This document shows, piece after piece, positions 1 through 8,657 of a stretch of 64,000 nt of DNA. Origin of the DNA: an uncultured Clostridia bacterium (GTDB lineage: Bacteria > Bacillota > Clostridia > TANB77 > CAG-465); contig CAKPEI010000001.1 in NCBI GenBank assembly GCA_934149365.1, positions 12,723 through 76,722 on the forward strand. The letters run 5' to 3'. The notes below the pieces were generated by a model that worked only from the letters and a program-made list of their open reading frames with translations, ran no database searches and had not been told where the DNA came from. The translations under genes were made by a program, and so were the position numbers. The first letter of the stretch is position 1. Each line of letters opens with the position of its first letter.

Positions 1-905
1 CATTAAGTGCTCAAAGTATTACACCTAGTAACCCAACTACTCCAAGCACTCCAAGCACTCCTAGTACTTCAGCAGATAGAGTAAGACCATCAGTTTCAGT
101 AAGTGCGCCAAGTGCAACAACTATAAATGTTGGTGGAACAGTTAAATACACTATAACTTTTGCAGATAATACTGCTGTAACAAGAGTTAATTTATCATCA
201 GCATATGTTAACTTAAATGGTTTCACAGCTGATGTTGCAGTATCAGGAAGTGGAAATGCTAGAACTGTTACATTATCAAATGTACAAGGTACAGCTGGTA
301 GAAAAACAATATCTATAAAAGCGGGAGCAGCAGAAGATGCAGCGGGTAACGCTTCAATAGCAACACCAAACAGTGTATCTTTTACTTTAGTTTCAAATAG
401 TGCGTCTAGTAGATCTGATAATGTAAGACCATCAATATCTATAAGTGAACCTAGTGTAAGAGAAGTGTATGCTGGTGGCTCAGTTTCTTATGTTATAACT
501 TTTGCAGACAACAGAGCAGTAACAAGAGTTAACTTATCACAAGCATACTTAATCTTCAATGGTTTCACAGCTGATGTTACAATAACAGGAAGTGGAAACA
601 CTAGAACAGTTACATTATCAAATGTACAAGGTGAAGTAGGAAAGAATTACAACATAGTTGTAAAAGCAGGAGCAGCTGAAGATGCAGCAGGTAACGGAAC
701 AATACAAACTCCTCATTCAATATCTTTCCAAATAATACAAAAAGGAAGTAACTCAACACCAAATACAAACACAAATGATTCAAGCAAATTAGATGGAGAA
801 CCTAATACAGGTGTAGAAAGCTTACCAGTACTACCAATAATGGGTGGAGCTGCAGCAGTTCTTACAACAATAGGTTATGTAGTTACTAAAAAAATATATG
901 GCTAA
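1..905 (+). CDS. C-terminal part of a large repetitive cell-surface protein (5' end outside window); tandem ~115-aa repeat domains; C-terminal hydrophobic anchor with KK tail
   Basis: Open frame continues from the window edge (codon phase from nt 3) to TAA at 903-905. Two ~345-nt direct repeats encode ADN.AVTRVNLS.AY...FTADV..SGSGN.RTVTLSNVQG...KAGAAEDAAGN. Ends ...LPVLPIMGGAAAVLTTIGYVVTKKIYG. Confidence 0.6.
   Translation, partial: LSAQSITPSNPTTPSTPSTPSTSADRVRPSVSVSAPSATTINVGGTVKYTITFADNTAVTRVNLSSAYVNLNGFTADVAVSGSGNARTVTLSNVQGTAGRKTISIKAGAAEDAAGNASIATPNSVSFTLVSNSASSRSDNVRPSISISEPSVREVYAGGSVSYVITFADNRAVTRVNLSQAYLIFNGFTADVTITGSGNTRTVTLSNVQGEVGKNYNIVVKAGAAEDAAGNGTIQTPHSISFQIIQKGSNSTPNTNTNDSSKLDGEPNTGVESLPVLPIMGGAAAVLTTIGYVVTKKIYG
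100..790 (+). repeat. two tandem ~345-bp coding repeats inside the surface protein gene
   Basis: Units starting near 100 and 445 are alignable (ataacttttgcagataat.../ataacttttgcagacaac..., ...ggtttcacagctgatgtt...). Confidence 0.6.
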
Positions 906-914
906 AATAAATTA

Positions 915-947
915 AAGAGATGCGAAAAAGCATCTCTTTTTTGTGTT
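915..947. terminator. bidirectional rho-independent terminator between convergent genes
   Basis: Hairpin aagagatgc-gaaaaa-gcatctctt followed by a T-run. Confidence 0.5.
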
Positions 948-2103
948 ATATTTTAGCATCTGTTGGTATCTCATTATATGGTAAGGCACCATAAACTAAG
1001 ATACCAATATTATCAGAATAAATTTTATTAAATTGAGATATTGGCAGAGGATTTACTCCTATACCTGCTTCTATTGTATAACCCGGTTTGTTGTACGTTT
1101 GTATATACCAATCTTTGAGTCCAGCGAAACTAGATGAAAAAGGTGTTGTCTCTACAGAGTAACCACTAACTTTTGAAAATATATTTGCATATTCGGATGA
1201 ATACTTAGGTGAATAATTTAAAAAGTTAGGATATATAACTGCTCCCTGTGTATGGTAAGTAAGCATTAAAGAAAAAGAATTAGAATGTATAAAATCATAA
1301 ATTGCTAAAGCTTCAGGAGCTTCTAGTGGAAAATTACCCACAAAATCTCTAGGGGCAGGAGAGGTATAACCATTTGAATATTTTATTTCCTTCGCTTCTT
1401 CCCATTTTGCTGGAAATTGAAGGTTTAAATCTATTCCTTGTATGTTTGCTTTCCAACCATCAGGAAATGGAATTGAAGGGTAGTTTTGAGCTATATTCTT
1501 AGCATATATATATTCATTTGAATGAGTATCAATATCCTTTGTGACTAAGTCTACACCATCAGGATTTAACATTGGAACAATGTATATTGAAGAAAGTTCA
1601 TATATTTTTTTAGTTGGAATGTTATATATGCTTTCTTCTTTGAGGTAAGCATCACAAAAATCTTGTATAAATTTCATGAGTACAGGTGAAGTTATCCATT
1701 CATTCGCATGGGTAGAGGCAACATATATCACTTTATTTTTACCGTACCCTATTTGTATATACGGAATTTCTTTTCCCATTACGCTTGTTCCAATGTTTCC
1801 AAAGTCCAGGAATGTATATTTTAATCTAAATCTTTGTAAATTTAACAGCATAATATCATAAGAATAAGGTATATCTGTTGTAATAGTGGCATATGGGACT
1901 AATGCATTCCAAGTAGATACATCTACAATACCAGTTGTATCTAAGCTTGTTTTTTCTTGAAATGCTACAACTGCATTTTTTGTGTTATTGCCAAATATTC
2001 CATCTACATTGCCTGTATATGTTCCGATATTTTTAAGAAGTAATTGTAAGTATTTGACTTGATTTGAGCGACTTCCAAATTTTAATGTTTTCAATATAAT
2101 CAC
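946..2103 (-). CDS. gamma-D-glutamyl-L-diamino acid endopeptidase-like peptidase (N-terminal peptidoglycan-binding domain plus M14 zinc carboxypeptidase domain)
   Basis: 385 aa. N-terminal KYLQLLLKNIGTYTGNVDGIFGNNTKNAVVAFQ resembles a PG-binding domain. HANEW zinc-binding motif and M14-like downstream sequence. Confidence 0.65.
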   Translation of the reverse strand: MIILKTLKFGSRSNQVKYLQLLLKNIGTYTGNVDGIFGNNTKNAVVAFQEKTSLDTTGIVDVSTWNALVPYATITTDIPYSYDIMLLNLQRFRLKYTFLDFGNIGTSVMGKEIPYIQIGYGKNKVIYVASTHANEWITSPVLMKFIQDFCDAYLKEESIYNIPTKKIYELSSIYIVPMLNPDGVDLVTKDIDTHSNEYIYAKNIAQNYPSIPFPDGWKANIQGIDLNLQFPAKWEEAKEIKYSNGYTSPAPRDFVGNFPLEAPEALAIYDFIHSNSFSLMLTYHTQGAVIYPNFLNYSPKYSSEYANIFSKVSGYSVETTPFSSSFAGLKDWYIQTYNKPGYTIEAGIGVNPLPISQFNKIYSDNIGILVYGALPYNEIPTDAKI

Positions 2104-2156
2104 CTATTTTAATATATGTGTATTTAATAAATATATGAAATTTGTAAAATAAAATA

Positions 2157-2185
2157 TTGACTAAAATAAAAATATATAGTAAGAT
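2157..2185 (+). promoter_or_regulatory. sigma-A-like promoter TTGACT-17-TAAGAT for the leader ORF / pilin-like gene 1
   Basis: TTGACT at 2157-2162, 17-nt spacer, TAAGAT at 2180-2185. An identical promoter recurs at 4324-4352. Confidence 0.5.
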
Positions 2186-2221
2186 AAATACATAAAAAAT
2201 ATCACAAGAGGTGAAAATAAA

Positions 2222-2302
<81 letters not shown>

Positions 2303-2375
2303 AAATGAGCTAGATAGAGGTTTCTGCGCTCAAAAAACAGATGTATTGGATAATAGAAAGTTAGTTATACAGTAA

Positions 2376-2400
2376 TGTATAGCTAGCTTTTTTGCGTGTT
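2376..2400 (+). promoter_or_regulatory. conserved palindrome/T-tract element TGTATAGCTAGCTTTTTTGCGTGTT between leader ORF and main gene
   Basis: Nearly identical at 4547-4570, 26109-26130 and 37676-37699. AGCTAGCT palindrome followed by T6. Confidence 0.5.
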
Positions 2401-2417
2401 AATGGAGGAAGGTATAT

Positions 2418-4313
2418 ATGAAAACGAAGGTAAAATTAAAAAATGGAATATCACTAATAGTACTAGTGATAACAATAATAGTAATGATAGTATTAGCAGG
2501 AGCAGTGATACTAGCATTAAGCAATAGTGGAATAATAGAAAAAGCAACAAGCTCGGCATTTAAGACGGATGTAAAAACAATAAAAGAAGAATATGAATAC
2601 AAAATGGCAGAGCTAAAGCTAAATGATGAGACATTTGACCAAGCGACATTAAATGCTTCAGATACAACATTAAGTTATAATACAAAAACAGAAGAAGGTG
2701 GAAACCTATACAGTATAGTGCCGACAGCAGAAAAGTATAAAGATGAGTTTGAAGTAAGAGATGGAGTGCTAAGATACAAAGGAGAAAATTACAAAAAGTT
2801 AAATTGGGCAGAAGAAGTAGGAATAACAACAAATAGATATGAAATAGTAGATGGAGTATTATTATCATCAAACGCAAACTTGCTACTAGTGGGAACAGAT
2901 GGTAAGATAAGAATACCAAGTAATGTAGTAAAGATAGGAGAGGGAGCATTTAGTAATGTAGACGGATTAAAAGAAGTAACAATACCTGGCAATGTAAAAG
3001 AAATAGGACAAAACGCATTTTCAAGTAACAAAACATTAGAAAAAGTTGTAATGGAAGATGGTGTTAAAACAATAGGTAAGAGTGCTTTTAATCATTGTGT
3101 TTCACTTAAAAGTGTAACAATGACAGATAGTGTTACTGAACTTGGTAGTTTATCTTTTGACTTTTGTTTTAAGCTTGAAAATATTATATTATCAAATAAT
3201 ATAACTAAAATAACTACTAATTTTGGATATTGTTATGAATTAAAGGAACTAAAATTGCCTAAAAATATAACTGAAATAAAAAGTTCTTTTAAGTATGCAA
3301 ATATTAATAAATTAACAATACCAAAGAGCTTATCAAGCATAGTAGATTGTTTTAGTGAAGTAAATGAAATAACAATAGAAAGTGGCAATAACTATTTTGA
3401 GGTTGATGATGGAATACTTTACACTAAGGGAAAAGGAGAATTAATATATATCACTAAATCTAAAAGAGATGAAACTTCGATAACAATACCTGAAAAGGTT
3501 ATTACCTTGAATGCTAATGCATTTTCAAATAGTAAGTTTGAAGTAATAAACTTACCATCAACACTTACTGAAATAACAGGATATTTTAGTTCTAAAAATT
3601 TAAAAGAAATAAATATTTCAGATAGTAATACAATATATAAAAGTAGTAATGGTTCGCTATATAATAAAAATATGACAGAAACAATAGCAATAATATCAGA
3701 TGAAAAATTGGTTAATGTACCAAATGGTGTTACAACAATAGGTTCAAATTCGATGATATTATGTCAAAATGCTGAGAAAATAGTTTTTCCCGAGAGTGTA
3801 ACTACAATATTAGGAAATGCTGTTGCAGCTAGTACTACAGAAATTGAATTGGGGTCAAAAGTAAGCAACATAAAAGAGCTTCCGTTTGGCGCAAATAATA
3901 TTGTAGAAAAAGTTACTATAAATGCTGGTAATCAAACATATTCAGCAGATAATAACTATATATACAAATTAAATTCATCAAAACAAAAAGAAAAAATAGT
4001 TTATGCAATAACTAAAGAAAAGGAACTAACTGTGCCAGATGGAATTGATGAAATATGTGATTATGCCTTTCATAACAAACAAATTACCAAAGTTATTTTA
4101 CCTAATACATTGAAGAAAATAGGAATAGCTAGTTTTTCAGCATCTCTTTTAGAAAATATAGAAATACCAAGTAGTGTTGACACTATAGGAAGTGATGCAT
4201 TTGCTACTTCTACGTTAAAAGAAATAAAAATAAATAAGAAAAAAGGAAGTATAAGTGGAGCGCCTTGGGGAGCTCCAATAGGGGAAAGAGCAATAACATG
4301 GACTCAAAATTAA
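2418..4313 (+). CDS. secreted/surface protein: non-canonical prepilin-like N-terminus plus BspA-type leucine-rich repeat domain (family A, copy 1)
   Basis: RBS GGAGG. N-terminus MKTKVKLKNG|ISLIVLVITIIVMIVLAGAVILALS. Repeated IP.NV..IG..AF......L..V motifs typical of BspA-like LRR. 631 aa. Confidence 0.8.
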   Translation: MKTKVKLKNGISLIVLVITIIVMIVLAGAVILALSNSGIIEKATSSAFKTDVKTIKEEYEYKMAELKLNDETFDQATLNASDTTLSYNTKTEEGGNLYSIVPTAEKYKDEFEVRDGVLRYKGENYKKLNWAEEVGITTNRYEIVDGVLLSSNANLLLVGTDGKIRIPSNVVKIGEGAFSNVDGLKEVTIPGNVKEIGQNAFSSNKTLEKVVMEDGVKTIGKSAFNHCVSLKSVTMTDSVTELGSLSFDFCFKLENIILSNNITKITTNFGYCYELKELKLPKNITEIKSSFKYANINKLTIPKSLSSIVDCFSEVNEITIESGNNYFEVDDGILYTKGKGELIYITKSKRDETSITIPEKVITLNANAFSNSKFEVINLPSTLTEITGYFSSKNLKEINISDSNTIYKSSNGSLYNKNMTETIAIISDEKLVNVPNGVTTIGSNSMILCQNAEKIVFPESVTTILGNAVAASTTEIELGSKVSNIKELPFGANNIVEKVTINAGNQTYSADNNYIYKLNSSKQKEKIVYAITKEKELTVPDGIDEICDYAFHNKQITKVILPNTLKKIGIASFSASLLENIEIPSSVDTIGSDAFATSTLKEIKINKKKGSISGAPWGAPIGERAITWTQN

Positions 4314-4323
4314 TTAAAAAACA

Positions 4324-4352
4324 GTTGACTAAAATAAAAATATATAGTAAGA
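4324..4352 (+). promoter_or_regulatory. sigma-A-like promoter TTGACT-17-TAAGAT (copy 2)
   Basis: Identical to the 2157-2185 promoter. Confidence 0.5.
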
Positions 4353-4390
4353 TAAATACATAAAAAAACATTACAAGAGGTGAAAATGAA

Positions 4391-4540
<150 letters not shown>

Positions 4541-4546
4541 AAAATA

Positions 4547-4570
4547 CATAGCTAGCTTTTTTGCGTGTTA
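4547..4570 (+). promoter_or_regulatory. conserved ATAGCTAGCTTTTTTGCGTGTTAA element (copy 2)
   Basis: See 2376-2400. Confidence 0.5.
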
Positions 4571-4583
4571 ATGGAGGAAAGTA

Positions 4584-6503
4584 ATGAAGGTAAAATTAAA
4601 AAAAGGAATATCACTAATAGTACTGGTGATAACAATAATAGTGATGATAGTATTAGCAGGAGCAGTGATACTAGCATTAAGTAATAGCGGAATAATAGAA
4701 AAGGCAACAAGTTCAGCATTTAAGACGGATGTAAAAACAATAAAAGAAGAATATGAATATAAAATGGCAGAGCTAAAGTTAAATAATGAAACATTTGACC
4801 AAACAACATTAAATGCGTCAGATACAATGCTAAGTTATAATACAAAAACAGAAGAAGGTGGAAACCTATACAGTATAGTGCCGACAGCAGAAAAGTATAA
4901 AGATGAGTTTGAAGTAAGAGATGGAGTACTAAGATATAAGGGAGAAAATTACAAAAAACTAAATTGGGCAGAAGAAGTAGGAATAACAACAAACAGGTAT
5001 GAAATAGTGGATGGAGTATTGTTATCATCAAACGCAAACTTACTACTAGTAGGAACAGACGGTAAGATAAGAATACCAAGTAATGTAGTAAAAATAGGAG
5101 AAGGAGCATTTAGTAATGTAGATGGATTAAAAGAAGTAACAATACCTGGTAATGTAAAAGAAATAGGGCAAAATGCATTTTCAAGTAACAAAACATTAGA
5201 AAAAGTTGTAATGGAAGAGGGTGTCACAACAATAGGATTAGGAGCTTTTTATAACTGTACTTTGTTGAAATCTGTAAGTATGACAGATAGTGTGGTTACA
5301 TTAAATGAACAATCATTTAATGGGTGTATCTCATTAAGTGATATAAAATTATCAAATAATATAACTGAAATACCGTATAATTTTTCTGGATGTTCTAGTT
5401 TAAATCAATTTAAATTACCGACTAGTGTTAAAAAAATATCAAATATATTATGGAATACTGCTGTAAAAGAAATTTATTTACCTAGTAGTTTGGAAACAAT
5501 AGGCGGAGGATGTTTTAGAGGGACTAGCCTTAGTAAGATAACAGTTGATAAAGATAATATTAATTTTGTGGTTGAGGATGGAATATTGTACGGTTCTGGT
5601 AAAACATCTATTATATATTTGACAGCAGATAAGAAAAAAGAAGAAAGTATTACAATTGCAGAAGGCGTAACAAAATTAGATGGAATAATTTTTGCAGAAA
5701 GTAGTATACAAAATATATCTTTACCGTCGACCTTGACAACAATAGAAAACTACTTTTCATCTGATAATATAAAAAGTATAACAGTAGCAGAAGGCAATAA
5801 GTATTTTGCTAGCAAGGATGGATCTTTGTATAACAAAGATATGACAAAAACAGTAGCAATAATATCAGACGAACAAAAAATTACTATACCAGAGGGAGTT
5901 ACCTCAATAGGTAGTTATTCACTATATTTATGTAAAAATGCTACTGAAGTAGTATTTCCTGAAAGTCTTAAGAGTATGGGGGCTTATTCAATAACACATG
6001 GTAATAAGTTAACTGCAGTAGAGAAAGTGTCTATTGGAGCTAGCGTTAATGATATAGCACATTTAGCTTTATATAATGGGTATAAGCTAAAAGAAGTTAA
6101 TATAAATTCTGCAAATAGAACATATAGTGCAGATGGCAATTTTTTATACAAATTAAATAGTAGTGGTGTTAAACAGGAAATAGTAGAGGCGATTGTTAAT
6201 GAATCAAATGTAACAATACCGGAGGGAATTAAAAAAATAGGAAAATATGCTTTTTATAACAATAAAATTGTAAACATAACATTACCTAGCACGTTAACTG
6301 AAATTAGTGATAGTGCATTTTCATCATGCTATTATTTAAATAATGTGCAAATACCAAGCGGTGTAGATACTATTGGTAGTAATGTTTTTTCAGCTTGTAG
6401 ATCTCTTAAGAGTGTAAAGATAAATAGGAAAAAAGGAAGTATAAGTGGATCTCCATGGGGAATACCAATAGGGGAAAGAGCAATAACATGGGCTGAAAAT
6501 TAA
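4584..6503 (+). CDS. secreted/surface protein: prepilin-like N-terminus plus BspA-type LRR domain (family A, copy 2; tandem paralog of 2418..4313)
   Basis: 639 aa. First ~210 codons nearly identical to copy 1. LRR region diverged. Last ~24 aa conserved (KKGSISG.PWG.PIGERAITW). Confidence 0.8.
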   Translation: MKVKLKKGISLIVLVITIIVMIVLAGAVILALSNSGIIEKATSSAFKTDVKTIKEEYEYKMAELKLNNETFDQTTLNASDTMLSYNTKTEEGGNLYSIVPTAEKYKDEFEVRDGVLRYKGENYKKLNWAEEVGITTNRYEIVDGVLLSSNANLLLVGTDGKIRIPSNVVKIGEGAFSNVDGLKEVTIPGNVKEIGQNAFSSNKTLEKVVMEEGVTTIGLGAFYNCTLLKSVSMTDSVVTLNEQSFNGCISLSDIKLSNNITEIPYNFSGCSSLNQFKLPTSVKKISNILWNTAVKEIYLPSSLETIGGGCFRGTSLSKITVDKDNINFVVEDGILYGSGKTSIIYLTADKKKEESITIAEGVTKLDGIIFAESSIQNISLPSTLTTIENYFSSDNIKSITVAEGNKYFASKDGSLYNKDMTKTVAIISDEQKITIPEGVTSIGSYSLYLCKNATEVVFPESLKSMGAYSITHGNKLTAVEKVSIGASVNDIAHLALYNGYKLKEVNINSANRTYSADGNFLYKLNSSGVKQEIVEAIVNESNVTIPEGIKKIGKYAFYNNKIVNITLPSTLTEISDSAFSSCYYLNNVQIPSGVDTIGSNVFSACRSLKSVKINRKKGSISGSPWGIPIGERAITWAEN

Positions 6504-6521
6504 GAAAATCACCTTGAATAG

Positions 6522-6549
6522 TTGACATTTCTTAAATATGTGGTATACT
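6522..6549 (+). promoter_or_regulatory. promoter TTGACA-16-TATACT (extended -10 TGg) for the rplJL operon
   Basis: Consensus hexamers read directly. Confidence 0.5.
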
Positions 6550-6559
6550 ATTATAGTAA

Positions 6560-6719
6560 TTATTTATTACCATAGACAGTAGGTTACTTAAAATATTAAG
6601 TTAGAAATCCTACCGAGGTGAAAGTTAATATTGATAATAGTTCTTATGAATTGATATAGATATATACTATCACCTTGTGGTGATAGTATTTTTTATCTTA
6701 GAGGAGGTGCAAAAGCGAA
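6560..6719 (+). ncRNA. probable ribosomal protein L10 leader (autoregulatory 5' UTR)
   Basis: ~160-nt untranslated leader between the promoter and rplJ. Inferred from the known L10(L12) leader architecture, not from a structure check. Confidence 0.35.
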
Positions 6720-7229
6720 ATGCCAAGTGCAAAAGTTTTAGAAAAGAAACAAGCTCAAGTAAAAGAGATTGCTGAAAAGCTTTCAAAATCTAAGATGACT
6801 GTATTTACAGATTACAGAGGTATCACTGTTGAAGATGATATGAATCTTAGAAAAAAATTAAGAGAAGCTGGTTGTGAATGTGCAGTAATCAAGAACACTA
6901 TTTTAAAACTTGCTGCAAAAGAAGCAGGAATTGAAATAAATGAAGACACATTTGAGGGGCCAACATCAGTTATATTTAGTTATGATGACGTTGTAGCACC
7001 AGCTAAAGTTGCATATGAATATGCAAAAGACCATGAATTCTACAAATTTAAAGGTGGAGTTATGGAACAAAAAGAAGTGAGCAAGGAAGAAATGATGAAA
7101 CTTGCAAAACTACCTTCAAAGGAAACACTTCTTACTATGCTTGCATCTGCATTGCTTGGAAATATACGTAACCTAGCAGTTGTAGTAAATGAAGTAGCAA
7201 AGCAAAAAGAGGAAACAGCTAGTGCCTAA
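6720..7229 (+). CDS. rplJ: 50S ribosomal protein L10
   Basis: 169 aa. RBS GGAGGTG. Sequence characteristic of L10. Confidence 0.9.
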   Translation: MPSAKVLEKKQAQVKEIAEKLSKSKMTVFTDYRGITVEDDMNLRKKLREAGCECAVIKNTILKLAAKEAGIEINEDTFEGPTSVIFSYDDVVAPAKVAYEYAKDHEFYKFKGGVMEQKEVSKEEMMKLAKLPSKETLLTMLASALLGNIRNLAVVVNEVAKQKEETASA

Positions 7230-7254
7230 AAGACTGGCTATTTAGTAAAAGTAA

Positions 7255-7638
7255 ATGGAGGAATTTAAAATGGAAAAGATTGAAAAAATATTAGCTGATA
7301 TCGAAACTTTAACAGTTATCGAATTATCTGATTTAGTAAAAGCTATCGAAGAAAAATTTGGAGTATCTGCACAAGCAGCAGTAGTTGCAGTAGCAGGTGG
7401 AGCAGCAGCAGGAGCAGCTGAAGAAAAAACTGAATTCAACGTTGTATTAAAAGATGCAGGAGCAACTAAAATACAAGTTATAAAAGCAGTTAGAGAAGCA
7501 ACTGGTTTAGGATTAAAAGAAGCTAAAGATTTAGTTGATACAGCTCCTAAGACAGTTAAAGAAAATATGCCTAAAGAAGAAGCTGAAAAACTAGTAGAAG
7601 CTTTAAAAGCAGCTGGTGCAACAGCAGAAATGCAATAA
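7255..7638 (+). CDS. rplL: 50S ribosomal protein L7/L12
   Basis: 127 aa. N-terminal dimerisation helix, Ala-rich hinge and C-terminal domain ([12 protein letters not shown]). Confidence 0.92.
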   Translation: MEEFKMEKIEKILADIETLTVIELSDLVKAIEEKFGVSAQAAVVAVAGGAAAGAAEEKTEFNVVLKDAGATKIQVIKAVREATGLGLKEAKDLVDTAPKTVKENMPKEEAEKLVEALKAAGATAEMQ

Positions 7639-7645
7639 TCTAAGA

Positions 7646-7680
7646 TATAAAAAATTACCCACTGTATAGTGGGTATTTTT
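7646..7680. terminator. rho-independent terminator (bidirectional)
   Basis: Hairpin tacccactgtatagtgggta followed by T8. Confidence 0.6.
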
Positions 7681-7691
7681 TTTGTATATTA

Positions 7692-8645
7692 TTAGATGTT
7701 TTTATGTGTTAGTTCTTCCATAGTAAGTAAGTATTCCCATTTTTTATCTACTTCCTTTTGGAATTCTTGTATCATCCATTCATTTCCAGGTTTAAACATA
7801 TGTGCAAATCTTTTTTGTGGTTTTAAAAATTCTTCTACTGGAAGTTTTTTTGCAGGTTTGTAATTAATTGTATAAACACCATCTTTAATTTCATATAAAG
7901 GCCAAAAGCATGTATCTACAGCTAACTTAGAAATTTCCATAAGCATATCTGTAGGATATCCCCAACCACGTGGACAAGGGGATAGAACTGCCATAAAACA
8001 AGGACCTTCGGTATAAATTGCTTTTTCTGCTTTCTCATGTATATCTTTAAAATTACCTATTAATGCTGTTTGGGCAACATATGCTGTGTTATTCTTTGCC
8101 ATTATTTCAGTTAAATCTTTTCTTGGTTGGACTTTACCAGGCAATACTTTACCTGCAGGTGCAGTTGTTGTATCTGCAAAGTGTGGAGTAGCAGAGGAAC
8201 GTTGTGTTCCGGTATTCATATATGCACCATTGTCATAGCATACATATACCATGTCATGACCTCTTTCCGTAGCACCAGAAAGAGCTTGAAGTCCAATATC
8301 ATAGGTTCCACCGTCACCACCAAAGGCAACAAACTTAACATTTTTATTTTTTAATTTTCCTTTTTTCTTTAATACGTTGTATGCTGTTTCAGCTCCAGAA
8401 CAAGTAGAGGCAGCATTTTCAAAAGCACTATGAATAAAGGAACTGTTTTTCCATGTAGTATATGGGTATATGCAAGAAGAAACTTCTAAACAGCCAGTAG
8501 CTGAAGTTACTACAACATCGTCTTCATCTTTTAAAGCTGACAATACACCTCTTACCACAACTGGAGCACCACATCCAGCACACATTCTGTGACCAGAAGT
8601 AAATCTTGTTTTCTTTTTTACAACTTCTTTTAAATTATATGCCAT
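7692..8645 (-). CDS. 2-oxoacid:ferredoxin oxidoreductase beta subunit (TPP-binding; POR/VOR type)
   Basis: 317 aa. CAGCG...GDG TPP-binding motifs. Confidence 0.8.
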   Translation of the reverse strand: MAYNLKEVVKKKTRFTSGHRMCAGCGAPVVVRGVLSALKDEDDVVVTSATGCLEVSSCIYPYTTWKNSSFIHSAFENAASTCSGAETAYNVLKKKGKLKNKNVKFVAFGGDGGTYDIGLQALSGATERGHDMVYVCYDNGAYMNTGTQRSSATPHFADTTTAPAGKVLPGKVQPRKDLTEIMAKNNTAYVAQTALIGNFKDIHEKAEKAIYTEGPCFMAVLSPCPRGWGYPTDMLMEISKLAVDTCFWPLYEIKDGVYTINYKPAKKLPVEEFLKPQKRFAHMFKPGNEWMIQEFQKEVDKKWEYLLTMEELTHKNI

Positions 8646-8657
8646 TTAATTTACCTC

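Noticed and set aside
11-226. 71-aa minus-strand ORF at the window start
   Set aside because: Antisense to the clearly coding repeat-domain surface protein frame.
2560-2949. Leu/Phe-rich ORFs on the strand opposite the pilin-like, LRR, repeat-protein and coiled-coil genes (also 4720..5109, 26483..26665, 26795..27061, 37744..38154, 38164..38535, 44190..44405, 46217..47716, 46588..47064, 54126..54647)
   Set aside because: Antisense translation of AT-rich, purine-skewed coding DNA gives long Leu/Phe-rich stop-free frames. No RBS. They overlap well-supported genes.
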